Positions 26,405 to 35,737 are shown, counted from the first letter of the stretch. The stretch is DNA of 64,000 nucleotides from Candidatus Ryanbacteria bacterium RIFCSPLOWO2_12_FULL_44_26 (GCA_001821765.1 MHOA01000001.1:174078-238077); one strand, 5' to 3'. Notes: generated by a model not told the origin, from the letters alone. A program made the numbers and translations.

Positions 26405-27532
26405 TTATTCGACCTTTTGAAAAATCTCAGGCCGTTCCAGCCCCCCTACAATAAGCTCGCCAACGGCGCCTTTATCAATAGCTCGCGAGAGACTATGGTC
26501 AACCAAAAGATATTTTCCGGGGACTTCAACCCTGAACTCCGTTATCATGGCACCGCCCGGCGGCACAATGGTAGTTTGCACATTTCGATGAGGCGGAGAA
26601 ATAATATCTCCTTCGGGATATAGTTTGTCGAGTATCCCGCCGATGACATGGAAATTCGAAGCAATATGCGACCCAACGCCAAAGAATATACGGATTGTTT
26701 CTCCGACATTTGCCTCGAGCGCATTTTCGCCCGTAAGCGCGCCAACCCGACCGTTGAAGGCAAAATACTCCGGCTGTTCCTGTTGCAGTTTTTCCAAACT
26801 GAATGCTTGATGGCCTTTCTCGCCAACCTTGCCTGCTGTATACCATTCGCCCTGCATGATATAGTATTCGCGGTCAACCTTCGCGAGCCCCTCTTTTGGC
26901 TCAACAAGAATCATTCCGTACATGCCATTTGCGACATGTGTGGGAATGTGAGGGCTTGCGCAATGGTACACATAAATGCCCGGACGCGTCGCATTGAACT
27001 GGAATGCGCGCGTTTCCCCGGATGCGACTTGTGTCAATACCGCTCCGCCGCCGGGGCCTTCAACTGCGTGCAGATCAACGGAGTGTTTGGCGTGGCCCGC
27101 CTCGGCATGCTCGTCCGATCCTTCGGCGTGGTCGCCGTTCGCATAGGCGGGGGGAGCGATTAGAGCATCAACAACAAACGAATGGGAGGATGCTGCGGTA
27201 TGATGATCTCCTTGGCTATGATTCAGGCGAATTTCTACAGTATCTCCTTCTTTCACTCGAATGAATGGCCCGGGTACGGTGCCGTTATAAGTCCAGTATT
27301 CATAAGTTACCCCGGGTGCAAGTTCGGCGATTACTTCTTTAGTTTCAAGTTCCACGACTACTTTTTTGTTTTCTCTCCTTACAATAGGAGACGGTAAATC
27401 ATCGGCGTGTTTGCTGATGTCGCTTACGCTCACCGGCTTTGCCGCCGGGGATATCTCACGCGTAGTTTTATACGCAATCCCAACTCCAATAATAAGAATG
27501 ATAATACCAACAAAAATCCAAACCTTTTTCAT
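26405..27532 (-). CDS. nirK: copper-containing nitrite reductase (NirK), membrane-anchored
   Basis: 375 aa with an N-terminal TM. It has the type-1/type-2 Cu ligand blocks 'HSVDLHAVEGPGGGAVLTQV' and 'GIYVYHCASPHIPTHVANGMYGMILVEP'; the canonical NirK blocks are 'HNIDFHAATGALGGG' and 'YHCAPEGMVPWHVTSGMNG'. It also carries a His-rich insertion. Confidence 0.85.
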   Translation of the reverse strand: MKKVWIFVGIIILIIGVGIAYKTTREISPAAKPVSVSDISKHADDLPSPIVRRENKKVVVELETKEVIAELAPGVTYEYWTYNGTVPGPFIRVKEGDTVEIRLNHSQGDHHTAASSHSFVVDALIAPPAYANGDHAEGSDEHAEAGHAKHSVDLHAVEGPGGGAVLTQVASGETRAFQFNATRPGIYVYHCASPHIPTHVANGMYGMILVEPKEGLAKVDREYYIMQGEWYTAGKVGEKGHQAFSLEKLQQEQPEYFAFNGRVGALTGENALEANVGETIRIFFGVGSHIASNFHVIGGILDKLYPEGDIISPPHRNVQTTIVPPGGAMITEFRVEVPGKYLLVDHSLSRAIDKGAVGELIVGGLERPEIFQKVE

Positions 27533-27551
27533 AGCGATTTATTCTTCCAAA

Positions 27552-27583
27552 GATCGTGGAGAATCCGGCAGGACTCCACGATT
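27552..27583 (-). promoter_or_regulatory. perfect 10-bp inverted repeat (gATCGTGGAG-N12-CTCCACGATc) 20-50 bp upstream of nirK ATG
   Basis: Read directly. It lies between the ArsR-like reading frame's end (27599) and the nirK start (27532). Geometry matches a 12-2-12-type winged-helix operator. Confidence 0.45.
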
Positions 27584-27598
27584 TTCGGATCGGCTATT

Positions 27599-27832
27599 TT
27601 ATAATATACATTGAGTCCGTTCCGCCGCACGGTGACCAACCGTGCCGTGACGGAGAACCGCAAGGTGCTGCGATACATTGGCTTTGGGGAGTTTAAGAGT
27701 CTTCACAAGTTCTTTCACTGCCAGCTCTTTTTACTTGAGTAAATTCAAAATCTCAAGCCGTTTGGGATTAGCGAGTAGTTTATAGATGGTGGCGTTACGC
27801 TCGTACGTTATTTTAGGAAATGATGATTTCAT
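27599..27832 (-). pseudogene. ArsR/SmtB-family HTH regulator interrupted by an in-frame TAA
   Basis: The minus-strand frame reads 'MKSSFPKITYERNATIYKLLANPKRLEILNLLK*KELAVKELVKTLKLPKANVSQHLAVLRHGTVGHRAAERTQCIL*'. The ArsR signatures 'LA(D/N)PxRLxIL.LL' and 'SQxxVSxHLxxLRxxGxV' are both present, on either side of the stop at 27733..27731. Track ORF 27731..28018 is the upstream half with a spurious N-terminal extension. Confidence 0.5.
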
Positions 27833-27935
27833 GGTTCGACGCCGCTCACCATGAATCCTGAGCTTGTCGAATGGATTCATGGTTCGACGCCGCTCACCAT
27901 GAATCCTGAGCTTGTCGAATGGATTCATGGTTTCG
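27828..27935. repeat. 48-bp tandem repeat x2.2, each unit containing the hairpin ttcatggt-N12-accatgaa and an ATG on the minus strand
   Basis: The unit ttcatggttcgacgccgctcaccatgaatcctgagcttgtcgaatgga is repeated at 27828, 27876 and partially at 27924. The most downstream unit supplies the ArsR-like gene's ATG. Confidence 0.8.
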
Positions 27936-28026
27936 AAACCACATGGTACGATTAAATCATACCACATCCAAGATTCTCCGCAAAATAGGTTTTGACTTTT
28001 TTGAAAAGACACCACCAAATTAAATA

Positions 28027-28072
28027 TGTGGACCGGATGAGGTTTGAACTCACAACCTCCTGCATGTTCCGA
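28027..28072 (-). other. tRNA-like 3' fragment (T-arm GTGAG-TTCAAAC-CTCAT + acceptor 3' strand CCGGTCC-A) without a 5' half
   Basis: Minus strand GGAGGTTGTGAGTTCAAACCTCATCCGGTCCACA. It shares the terminal GGTCCAC with the adjacent tRNA-Ala, and no complementary 5' acceptor strand is present. Confidence 0.25.
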
Positions 28073-28167
28073 TGTGCAAAGGTGGACCTAGGGAGAATCG
28101 AACTCCCACACCCCGCGTGCAAGGCGGGCGCACTACCATTATGCTATAGGCCCACCTTTGCACATCG
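28069..28167. repeat. 16-bp inverted repeat (cgatgtgcaaaggtgg / ccacctttgcacatcg) exactly bracketing tRNA-Ala
   Basis: Read directly. It extends the acceptor helix to a ~23-bp continuous stem. Confidence 0.7.
28081..28153 (-). tRNA. tRNA-Ala (anticodon TGC)
   Basis: Minus strand GGGCCTATAGCATAATGGTAGTGCGCCCGCCTTGCACGCGGGGTGTGGGAGTTCGATTCTCCCTAGGTCCACC. Acceptor GGGCCTA/TAGGTCC, anticodon stem CCCGC/GCGGG with loop CTTGCAC, and T-arm GGGAG-TTCGATT-CTCCC. Confidence 0.85.
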
Positions 28168-28192
28168 AGAATCCTCTATTTCTAAACAAATT

Positions 28193-28438
28193 TTAGAACT
28201 GTTTTATTAAATTTTCCAGATATACACGCTTTTTCAAAGATTTTAAATATCGCTCTCTTTTAACCACCTCGCTTCTCGTTTCATACGCTTCTTGATATAC
28301 GAGTGACCAAGGTCTCTTGTTTTTCGTGGATCGCACCATGCTCTTATTGTGTGCTACCAGCCTTAGGTCAATGTTCTGTGTGAAACCAATGTAATAAGCA
28401 CCGTTCTTGCGAGATGGAATAATGTACACATAAAACAT
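28193..28438 (-). CDS. GIY-YIG nuclease family small protein (UPF0213/YhbQ-like)
   Basis: Track ORF 28193..28510; the likely start is Met 'MFYVYIIPSRKNGAYYIGFTQNIDLRLVAHN...'. The GIY-YIG motifs 'YVYII' ... 'YIGFT' and a conserved Arg/Glu/Tyr region are present. Confidence 0.65.
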   Translation of the reverse strand: MFYVYIIPSRKNGAYYIGFTQNIDLRLVAHNKSMVRSTKNKRPWSLVYQEAYETRSEVVKRERYLKSLKKRVYLENLIKQF

Positions 28439-28539
28439 TTCAAAATTTATAGAAATCGGGACAAAGCGGGTGCTCTGGCCAATTGAGCCGACCCCTAAAA
28501 CAAAGAACATGATACTACAAAATCGCAGAAAAATCCATG

Positions 28540-29499
28540 TTACGTTACTGCAAGGCGTATCAAATGATCCAAAAGCTGCTGGAATTCCAATCCTGCGGCT
28601 TTTGCGGCTTTCGGATAAAGCGACTCACTTGTAAAACCGGGAGAGGAATTTACCTCCAACACATACAGTTTTGTACCGTCCAATATCATATCAACCCGGG
28701 AGTAATGCTGTAAGTGAAGGGCTTTGTGCGCTTTTACGGCTGTTTCGCGGATATGACGCAGCATATCTCCATAAAAATCCGCCGGGCAGATTTCTTTTGT
28801 TGAACCATCATATTTCGTCTGATAATCAAAGAACCGGTTTTCAGGCGGGATGATCTCAACCGGAGGAAGCGCAAAATATTTTTCACCTCCAAAATTCTCC
28901 AGCACGCCGCATGTCAGTTCTCTTCCCTTAACATATTTTTGGAGCATTGCGTGATCATCATACTGAAATGCGCGCTTAAAAGCGGACAGTAAACCCTCAA
29001 ACGTATGGACCATAGAAACCCCAACCGACGATCCTCTTCTTAACGGTTTTATCACCCACGGGGGAGCCGAAAAATCAACTGCTTTTTTAACAACTTCTGA
29101 TTCATTGATATTGTCTTTTTTAACGACAAAGCTTCTTGGAAGATGTAAACCCGCTTTTTTAAGTACCTGCCCGGAACGATCTTTATGCATTGCAAGGGCT
29201 GATCCAAAAACACCACTCCCCACATACGGAATCCTTATAGAGTCAAGAATGCCCTGTACTTTCCCGTCTTCCCCATATTCACCGTGCATTGCATTAAACA
29301 CCACATCCGCGCCTCTAAGCGCTTCGGCTGGAGTCAGCCATTCTTGCTTCTCCCCCGCCAGCCATTCGCCGGTATGGGTGACATAAACAGGATGAACGTG
29401 ATAGCGCCCATGAAGCGCTTTTATAACGTTTCTTCCGCTCATCAAGGAAATGTCATGCTCGCTGGAAGGTCCCCCCATTAAAACCCCGACGGTTTTCAT
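28540..29499 (-). CDS. ddl: D-alanine--D-alanine ligase
   Basis: Track ORF 28540..29631; the likely start is ATG 29499 ('MKTVGVLMGGPSSEHDISLMSG...'). ATP-grasp motifs ('EVNSSPG'). Confidence 0.88.
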   Translation of the reverse strand: MKTVGVLMGGPSSEHDISLMSGRNVIKALHGRYHVHPVYVTHTGEWLAGEKQEWLTPAEALRGADVVFNAMHGEYGEDGKVQGILDSIRIPYVGSGVFGSALAMHKDRSGQVLKKAGLHLPRSFVVKKDNINESEVVKKAVDFSAPPWVIKPLRRGSSVGVSMVHTFEGLLSAFKRAFQYDDHAMLQKYVKGRELTCGVLENFGGEKYFALPPVEIIPPENRFFDYQTKYDGSTKEICPADFYGDMLRHIRETAVKAHKALHLQHYSRVDMILDGTKLYVLEVNSSPGFTSESLYPKAAKAAGLEFQQLLDHLIRLAVT

Positions 29500-29586
29500 G
29501 CTTACAGTATAAGCCTTACAAACAAACAAAAAAAGACGACGCCTGTGAGTTTTGTTGGCCTTCCTGCGACATGATATAATAAAAAC

Positions 29587-29847
29587 GTGCAGGAAATTAC
29601 ACTTACAGAACTGTCTTCGCCCGGGTGCCAAATCTGCAAAGCCTTTGAAGGATTTTGGAGCTCCGTTGAAAAAGACTGGCCCAATGTCAGATACAAAAAC
29701 GTAAGCGTCATTACTCCAGAGGGACAGGAATTAGTCCAAAAATACATGATTTTCGCTTCACCCGGCATTATTATAAACGAAGAGCTTTTCTCAACCGGCG
29801 GGTTTGACCGCAAGAAATTTATCACGAAACTAAAAGAACTGTCGTAG
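29587..29847 (+). CDS. thioredoxin/glutaredoxin-like small protein (CxxC)
   Basis: 86 aa with active-site-like 'SPGCQICK' and a Trx-fold-sized body. Confidence 0.6.
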   Translation: MQEITLTELSSPGCQICKAFEGFWSSVEKDWPNVRYKNVSVITPEGQELVQKYMIFASPGIIINEELFSTGGFDRKKFITKLKELS

Positions 29848-29848
29848 C

Positions 29849-30274
29849 ATGGGTTTTTTAAAAAAAGTCGGTCCCGAATATATCCTGCGTTACTCTTTGG
29901 GAATAACATATCTTTACTCGGGCTTTGATCTTTTTAGACATCCGACTGCTTGGTATTGGGCCCTGCCTATATGGGTAAAACAACTCATAGCGAGTTTGGT
30001 TGATATTAATTTATATCTAAAACTGCAGGGCATCGCTGAAATTATATTGGCTGTTTTGCTGCTTTCATGGTTTTTGAAACGAGTACTCATTAAATGGATA
30101 GCGCTGATTTCGGCACTGGAACTGGCCGCTATTTTACTGCTCGCGTTTTTGCCGTTTAGCCAAGCCAACTTTTTAATTACTTTTCGCGACATCGGACTTC
30201 TGGGAGCGGCGCTTTCTCTTTTTGTTATTTTATCCAAAGAAACCAAACCATCAAATGGATCAGACATCAACTAA
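29849..30274 (+). CDS. DoxX-family membrane protein
   Basis: 141 aa and 4 TM segments. 'YSLGITYLYSGFDLF' resembles the DoxX N-terminus. Confidence 0.5.
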   Translation: MGFLKKVGPEYILRYSLGITYLYSGFDLFRHPTAWYWALPIWVKQLIASLVDINLYLKLQGIAEIILAVLLLSWFLKRVLIKWIALISALELAAILLLAFLPFSQANFLITFRDIGLLGAALSLFVILSKETKPSNGSDIN

Positions 30275-31325
30275 AACCAAACTGGTTTTTTCGTCTTTAG
30301 TCGCGGGACTGCTTGCTTTTATCATTTTCGGCCTGCTTTGGGCGTTTGTCTTTGGATCCGAAAAACCAGAAGGGTTCGCATGGTATCTTTTTAGCTACGC
30401 CATGGGGCTTACTATGATTGTGCTTCCTTGCACGTTTCCCCTCGCGTTCGTCATAGTTCCTCTTTCTATGGGAAAAGGCGTGGCAAAAGGCCTTGGAATC
30501 GCGCTAGCTTTTGGAATTGGCGTGGCAATAATGTTGAGCATTTACGGTATTGTAGCCGCCTTGGTGGGGCAAGCGGCAATCGGCGCTCTTAACACGCCTT
30601 TGGAAACCGTTAAAAATTGGACATATTTTCTCGCGGGTGTTGCCGCATACCTTTTCGCGCTCGGAGAGCTGGGGATCATCCGCGTACGTTTGCCTTCATA
30701 CAGTGGCGCCGCTCCGGCTTTCATCCAAAAACAGCGCGATTATATCAAAGCGCTTTTGCTGGGGCTTTTTTTAGGAAATATCGGCGTTGGCTGCCCCCAT
30801 CCGGCAACGCCTCTTATTCTGGTGGAGATTGCGCGCGCGGGAGATGTATTTTACGGTTGGTCGCTTTTCTTCGTTCACGCGATCGGCAGAGTGCTGCCGC
30901 TGTTTTTGCTTGCGTTTCTTGGTATCTTAGGAGTTAACGCGCTGTCGTGGCTGGTGGCGCGAAAAGACAAACTGGAGCGGGCAACCGGCTGGGCGATGGT
31001 ATTTGTCGCTGGATTTATTCTGACACTCGGCCTATTTACGCATGATTGGTGGGTAAACTCCGGACAGCACATACTTTTGGAATCGGTAACGCAGGAAGCG
31101 CGGTTTACCGGCATCCTCGCGGAGCGGCTTGAAGTCACAGCGCCTCACACCCACGGCCTGGAGGAAGGATCCGGACTTTTTGGCCTTCCGCTTTGGATGG
31201 GCAATTGGGCTTTGGTCTTGCTCTGGATAACCCCCCTTTGGTGGTATTATTCAAAAAAGCGGAAGGAAGCATCCTCCGAAACCGACGCCTCCGCTGCCAT
31301 AGCAAACGCTTCCAAAACACCATGA
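30255..31325 (+). CDS. CcdA/DsbD-like thiol-disulfide membrane protein with C-terminal extension
   Basis: Track ORF 30222..31325; the likely start is ATG 30255 ('MDQTSTK...'). It has a Cys in 'VLPCTFPLAF' and a second in 'GVGCPHPATP', and about 8 TM helices. Confidence 0.5.
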   Translation: MDQTSTKTKLVFSSLVAGLLAFIIFGLLWAFVFGSEKPEGFAWYLFSYAMGLTMIVLPCTFPLAFVIVPLSMGKGVAKGLGIALAFGIGVAIMLSIYGIVAALVGQAAIGALNTPLETVKNWTYFLAGVAAYLFALGELGIIRVRLPSYSGAAPAFIQKQRDYIKALLLGLFLGNIGVGCPHPATPLILVEIARAGDVFYGWSLFFVHAIGRVLPLFLLAFLGILGVNALSWLVARKDKLERATGWAMVFVAGFILTLGLFTHDWWVNSGQHILLESVTQEARFTGILAERLEVTAPHTHGLEEGSGLFGLPLWMGNWALVLLWITPLWWYYSKKRKEASSETDASAAIANASKTP

Positions 31326-32422
31326 CTCCGGAAGAGAAAAAACTAAAAAAAGAAGCATTAAGGTGGCACTTCTGGTTTGCTGTTTCGTTTTCGCTTTTTC
31401 TAATCGTAACTTTCGCGCTTTACCTGCCTCTCCGGTTTTTACATCAAGTTGGAGTGAACGAAGAAGTTACGACGGCGCACGTAGATGAAGAAGGAGCGAA
31501 CCATCATGGAAACGCGCAATATCATGAAGAAAACGAAGTCAAAGAAGGGCTTGCAGTAAATCTTAATGCTACTCCCCCGCCCTTCACCGTTGGCAATCCG
31601 ATCAGACTCGATTTCCGCGTAAGTCAAAAGCCGGCCGACACACCTGTGTCAGCCGAGATATTGGAAATAGCACATGAAAAACCGATGCATGTTATCGGGG
31701 TGCGAAGCGATATGGAAGAATTCAGACATATCCACCCGGTACCGACTGAAGAAGCCGGAGTGTTTTCCATAAAGCACAAGTTTGACAAACCCGGAACGTA
31801 TAAATTCTGGTCCGAAATTAAAAAAGACGGCATAAACCACAGTTTCGGCCATCCCGAAATTTCCGTGGAAGGATCCGGACCGGCGTTTGAAAAAGAGGTT
31901 TCTTTAGGAAAAAATATAATAGTTGATGAATACCAAGTGGCGTTGCGGCTGGATGATATTATTAAGGCCGGTCAAGAAACCGAACTCTTTTTCGACGTCC
32001 ATACTCTTGATAGCCACGAAATTGAATATGAAAATTATCTTGACGCAACCATGCATCTTACGATAATTAAAGACGACTGGAAACAATTCATCCATACACA
32101 CCCGGAAGAAAAAGATCACCACGCAAGCAATGTCTTCATCCAAGAAGCATTTGCCAATGGAGGCGGACACAATACAAGCGTTGGAGGGCACGGCGTGGAA
32201 TTTCATGTTACTTTCCCTGAAACGGGTCTTTATAAAGTGTTTGCTCAATTCCGCCCCAGTGGAATTGGCCTTCCGGAAGAAGAAGCGCTTACCGCCGGTC
32301 TTTGGATAAAAGTTTCAGACCGCCCGGCGGTTTCTTCCCGGTGGATTTTGCTTTTTGCCTCGGTAGCCGCAATAGCTGTTTTAAGCTGGCTTGTCAGTAA
32401 ATATCTGAACGTAAAAGAGTAA
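31322..32422 (+). CDS. membrane-anchored protein with two tandem His-containing beta-rich domains (putative periplasmic metal/copper-binding)
   Basis: Track ORF 31193..32422; the likely start is ATG 31322 (ATGA overlap with the upstream stop). Internal repeat 'L.FxVxxxxxxxPxxxxxxxIxHEKPMHVIGVRSDMEEFRHIHP' versus 'LFFDVHTLDSHEIEYENYLDATMHLTIIKDDWKQFIHTHP'. N- and C-terminal TM segments. Confidence 0.45.
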   Translation: MTPEEKKLKKEALRWHFWFAVSFSLFLIVTFALYLPLRFLHQVGVNEEVTTAHVDEEGANHHGNAQYHEENEVKEGLAVNLNATPPPFTVGNPIRLDFRVSQKPADTPVSAEILEIAHEKPMHVIGVRSDMEEFRHIHPVPTEEAGVFSIKHKFDKPGTYKFWSEIKKDGINHSFGHPEISVEGSGPAFEKEVSLGKNIIVDEYQVALRLDDIIKAGQETELFFDVHTLDSHEIEYENYLDATMHLTIIKDDWKQFIHTHPEEKDHHASNVFIQEAFANGGGHNTSVGGHGVEFHVTFPETGLYKVFAQFRPSGIGLPEEEALTAGLWIKVSDRPAVSSRWILLFASVAAIAVLSWLVSKYLNVKE

Positions 32423-32436
32423 ATACGCCGTGCGCA

Positions 32437-32874
32437 ATGAATAAATATTTTATAATTTTAATAATGGGAGCGTTGGTAATATTGGGAGGCATATTTTATA
32501 GATCCTTTTTACTCCCCGAATCGGCAGTGCCAGTCATCAGCGGGAAAACACACGAAATCACCATTACAGCGAAGAAAGACCAATGGAGGTTTGAACCCGA
32601 AATTATTGAAATAAATCGGGGAGACAAAGTTATTGCCACCGTAATAAACGAAGACGAATATGACCACGGCATTGCCATTGATGCTTTCGGAATCTCCCAG
32701 AGAATGCCGGCCAAAAGCACAATTCAATTTGAATTTGTGGCTACACAGGAAGGAGATTTTCCTTTCTACTGTTCGGTGCCTTGCGGAGAAGGCAAAGTTG
32801 ATGGCGTAAAAAGAACGCATTTTGATATGATCAGCAAACTACACGTAAGAAGCATTAATTCATCAACAGAATAA
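32437..32874 (+). CDS. cupredoxin-like (type-1 copper) membrane-anchored protein
   Basis: 145 aa with an N-terminal TM. Candidate ligands are 'DHG' His and '[11 protein letters not shown]...H..M' (Cys-His-Met). Confidence 0.6.
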   Translation: MNKYFIILIMGALVILGGIFYRSFLLPESAVPVISGKTHEITITAKKDQWRFEPEIIEINRGDKVIATVINEDEYDHGIAIDAFGISQRMPAKSTIQFEFVATQEGDFPFYCSVPCGEGKVDGVKRTHFDMISKLHVRSINSSTE

Positions 32875-32879
32875 ACAAT

Positions 32880-35438
32880 ATGGCTGCAACTAAATTAGTA
32901 CTTAAGGTAAAAGGAATGCATTGTGCTTCCTGCTCCACGCTTATTGATAAACTTATAGGAAAACAGGAGGGCGTCATTTCTATTAAAACCAATTACGGCT
33001 CTGAAAAAACGGCCGTAACATTTGATGAATCCAAAATTTCGCTAAAGAAAATAGACGAATTAATCAACAAACTCGGCTATGATCTTATCCGTCCCGATGA
33101 AGCCGGCATAAACATTGTTGAGGAAGAAAAGAAAGAAAAGCGCAAAATTGAGGAGTCTAAAAGAAGAGTAATAGCCGCTTTCATATTGGCGTTTCCAATC
33201 ATTGCCTACTACATGCTGATTCATATGTTTAACGTAACGCATGTACATGAGTTCTTTGATTTTTTAAATATAAGCCGCCCGGCGCTTTCAAGCGCAGGTT
33301 TTATCGCTTATGGCTCTTACCTAACTAATTATCTTTTCTGGCTGGTAGCACAGCCGTTAAAACTTCTGGTCGGCATTTTTGTCAATATAGCCAATCCCCC
33401 GTTCCGCATTGACCTTAACTATTTTTACTGGATTTTATCCACCCCCATACAGTTTGTCATCGGCTGGCAATTTTACCGCAATTCGTTTACCGCTATCCGC
33501 GTAGGATCTGCCAATATGGATGTTTTGGTAGCCCTTGGAACTTCGGCAGCTTACTTTTATAGCACTATTGGTTTTCTTTTCTTTAATATTGACCACCCTT
33601 TTTGGGAATCTTCCGCAGCGCTCCTCTTTTTCATTCTGCTTGGGCGTTACTTTGAAGCGGTTTCCAAAGGAAGAGCTTCCGCTGCTATTAAAGAACTGCT
33701 TAAGCTTGAAGCTAAAGAAGCCCATGTGATTAGAAACGACGAAGAAGTTACAGTTCCCATTGACCAAATTCAAAAAGGAGAAATCGTACTGGTTCGTCCG
33801 GGCGAAAAAATACCCGTAGACGGCAAAATTATTGAGGGGAAAACACACATTGATGAAAAAGTAGTAACTGGAGAATCGTTCCCGGTGGGAAAAACGGTGG
33901 GAGACGAAGTAATCGGCGCCACCATAAACCAGGAGGGCTTAATCAAATTTCAAGCCACCAAAGTCGGCAAAGACACTCTGCTCTATCAGATAATCAATAT
34001 GGTAGAGGAAGCGCAGGCATCACGAGCTCCTATCCAAAATCTGGTGGATAAAATAAGTGAATATTTCGTGCCTGCGGTAATAGTGCTTTCCGTATTAGTG
34101 TTCGCCGGCTGGTATTTCGGAGCTGCTCTTCCTTTCAGGGCTGGACTTTTGCGAATGATAGCAGTCTTGGTGATTTCATGTCCTTGTGCTATGGGACTTG
34201 CCACTCCAACTGCCCTCATCGTCGGCATAGGGCGCGCTACCAACTTCGGCATAATTCTCAAAGGGGGAGAAGCGCTGGAGAAAGCCTATAAAATAAATTC
34301 TATCGTTTTTGATAAAACCGGCACTCTTACCATAGGCAAACCGGTAGTAACCGACTTTATGATGGTGTCAGACAAATTTAAAGAAAAAGAGGCGCTTCTC
34401 CTGGCCGCTTCTTTGGAAAAAGGTTCGGAACATCCTTTGGCAAAAGCCGTCGTGGAAAAAGGAAAATCAATAGCCACCGGCAAAAATGCATTACAAACGC
34501 CGACTGCATTTGAGGCAGTTTCCGGTTTGGGAATTAAAGGAAAAGTAAACGGCAAATTTATAGCCATAGGAAATCAGGCGTTTATGGATAAGCTCGGAGT
34601 GCCAACAGCGCAGCATGAAATGCTGGTGGAAAAACTGCAAAATGAAGCTAAAACCGTCGTTTTTATGTCCGTAGGAAAAGAGGCGGCGGCTGTTATCGCC
34701 ATGGCGGATACCTTAAAACCCTACGCCAAAGAAACCATTACGGCGCTAAAAGCCATGAGGAAAGAAATAATAATGATTACCGGAGACAACCAAAAAACAG
34801 CCGAAGCCATCGCGCGACAAGTCGGAATAGATCGCGTTATGGCGAAAGTTTTACCGCAGGAAAAAGCGAAAACGGTAAAAAAACTCCAAGAGGAAGGAAA
34901 AAGCGTGGCCATGGTTGGAGACGGCATAAATGATTCACCGGCGCTTGCGCAAGCCGATATTGGCATCGCAATCGGATCAGGCACCGACGTGGCTATAGAA
35001 ACCGGGGAGATAATACTGGTAAAAGATGAACTGAGAGACGTAGTAACAGCCATCCAGCTTTCAGGAAAAACCATAAAAAAAGTGTGGCAAAATCTGTTCT
35101 GGGCTTTTATTTACAATATATTGGCTATACCGATTGCCGGAGGAATTCATCTTCTTATCACACAAGCTTCTTTCGGCATACCTGCGCCTTGGGTATTAGA
35201 CGTAACCAAAAGTCTGGGGTCGGCTTTCGGACAGATTTTCTTTAATTTTTCGCAAGCGACTTTGCGTCCGGAAATTGCCGGCTTTGCCATGGCCTTTAGC
35301 TCCGTTTCAGTAGTAACCAACTCGCTTTTGCTTAGGCGCTACGTTCCGCCCATGGAAAAAATAATTGTCAAAAAGAAACCTTCTGATGAAACTCATTACA
35401 AGTTAAAAAACAACAAAGACAATTATGGAAAAGATTGA
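32880..35438 (+). CDS. copA: copper-translocating P1B-type ATPase
   Basis: 852 aa. N-terminal HMA 'GMHCASCS', TM 'CPC', 'DKTGTLT', 'HP', and '[10 protein letters not shown]'. Confidence 0.92.
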   Translation: MAATKLVLKVKGMHCASCSTLIDKLIGKQEGVISIKTNYGSEKTAVTFDESKISLKKIDELINKLGYDLIRPDEAGINIVEEEKKEKRKIEESKRRVIAAFILAFPIIAYYMLIHMFNVTHVHEFFDFLNISRPALSSAGFIAYGSYLTNYLFWLVAQPLKLLVGIFVNIANPPFRIDLNYFYWILSTPIQFVIGWQFYRNSFTAIRVGSANMDVLVALGTSAAYFYSTIGFLFFNIDHPFWESSAALLFFILLGRYFEAVSKGRASAAIKELLKLEAKEAHVIRNDEEVTVPIDQIQKGEIVLVRPGEKIPVDGKIIEGKTHIDEKVVTGESFPVGKTVGDEVIGATINQEGLIKFQATKVGKDTLLYQIINMVEEAQASRAPIQNLVDKISEYFVPAVIVLSVLVFAGWYFGAALPFRAGLLRMIAVLVISCPCAMGLATPTALIVGIGRATNFGIILKGGEALEKAYKINSIVFDKTGTLTIGKPVVTDFMMVSDKFKEKEALLLAASLEKGSEHPLAKAVVEKGKSIATGKNALQTPTAFEAVSGLGIKGKVNGKFIAIGNQAFMDKLGVPTAQHEMLVEKLQNEAKTVVFMSVGKEAAAVIAMADTLKPYAKETITALKAMRKEIIMITGDNQKTAEAIARQVGIDRVMAKVLPQEKAKTVKKLQEEGKSVAMVGDGINDSPALAQADIGIAIGSGTDVAIETGEIILVKDELRDVVTAIQLSGKTIKKVWQNLFWAFIYNILAIPIAGGIHLLITQASFGIPAPWVLDVTKSLGSAFGQIFFNFSQATLRPEIAGFAMAFSSVSVVTNSLLLRRYVPPMEKIIVKKKPSDETHYKLKNNKDNYGKD

Positions 35439-35631
35439 ATTAAAAATTGAAGGAATGCATTGCGGATCCTGCGCTACAGGCATACAAATGCTGGTTTCCC
35501 AAATGGACGGGGTGAAATCCATTTTTGTAGATTATAATAGCAAAAAGGGTGCCGTGGAATTCGACTCAACAAAAGTAACCAAAGAACAAATCATAAAAGA
35601 AATAGCCGTTCTGGGATATCAAGCCTCATAA
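35425..35631 (+). CDS. copZ: copper chaperone CopZ (HMA domain)
   Basis: 68 aa with 'GMHCGSCA'. Its start overlaps the end of copA. Confidence 0.8.
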   Translation: MEKIELKIEGMHCGSCATGIQMLVSQMDGVKSIFVDYNSKKGAVEFDSTKVTKEQIIKEIAVLGYQAS

Positions 35632-35663
35632 ACGTTACATATTCCTTGCGCTTTTCTAAAATG

Positions 35664-35737
35664 TGGGCACGGATGGACTCGAACCATCGACCTCTTCATT
35701 ATCAGTGAAGTGCTCTAACCAACTGAGCTACGTGCCC
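35664..35737 (-). tRNA. tRNA-Ile (anticodon GAT)
   Basis: Minus strand GGGCACGTAGCTCAGTTGGTTAGAGCACTTCACTGATAATGAAGAGGTCGATGGTTCGAGTCCATCCGTGCCCA. Anticodon stem CTTCA/TGAAG with loop CTGATAA. Confidence 0.88.

Noticed and set aside
27828-27935. 48-bp tandem repeat considered as a CRISPR-like array
   Set aside because: The units are contiguous with no spacers, there are only 2.2 copies, and no cas genes are nearby.
27833-28018. N-terminal 62 codons of track ORF 27731..28018 (including repeated MNPFDKLRIHGERRRT)
   Set aside because: This is a translation of the 48-bp tandem repeats and the tRNA-like fragment. The real gene start is the ATG at 27832 in the last repeat unit.
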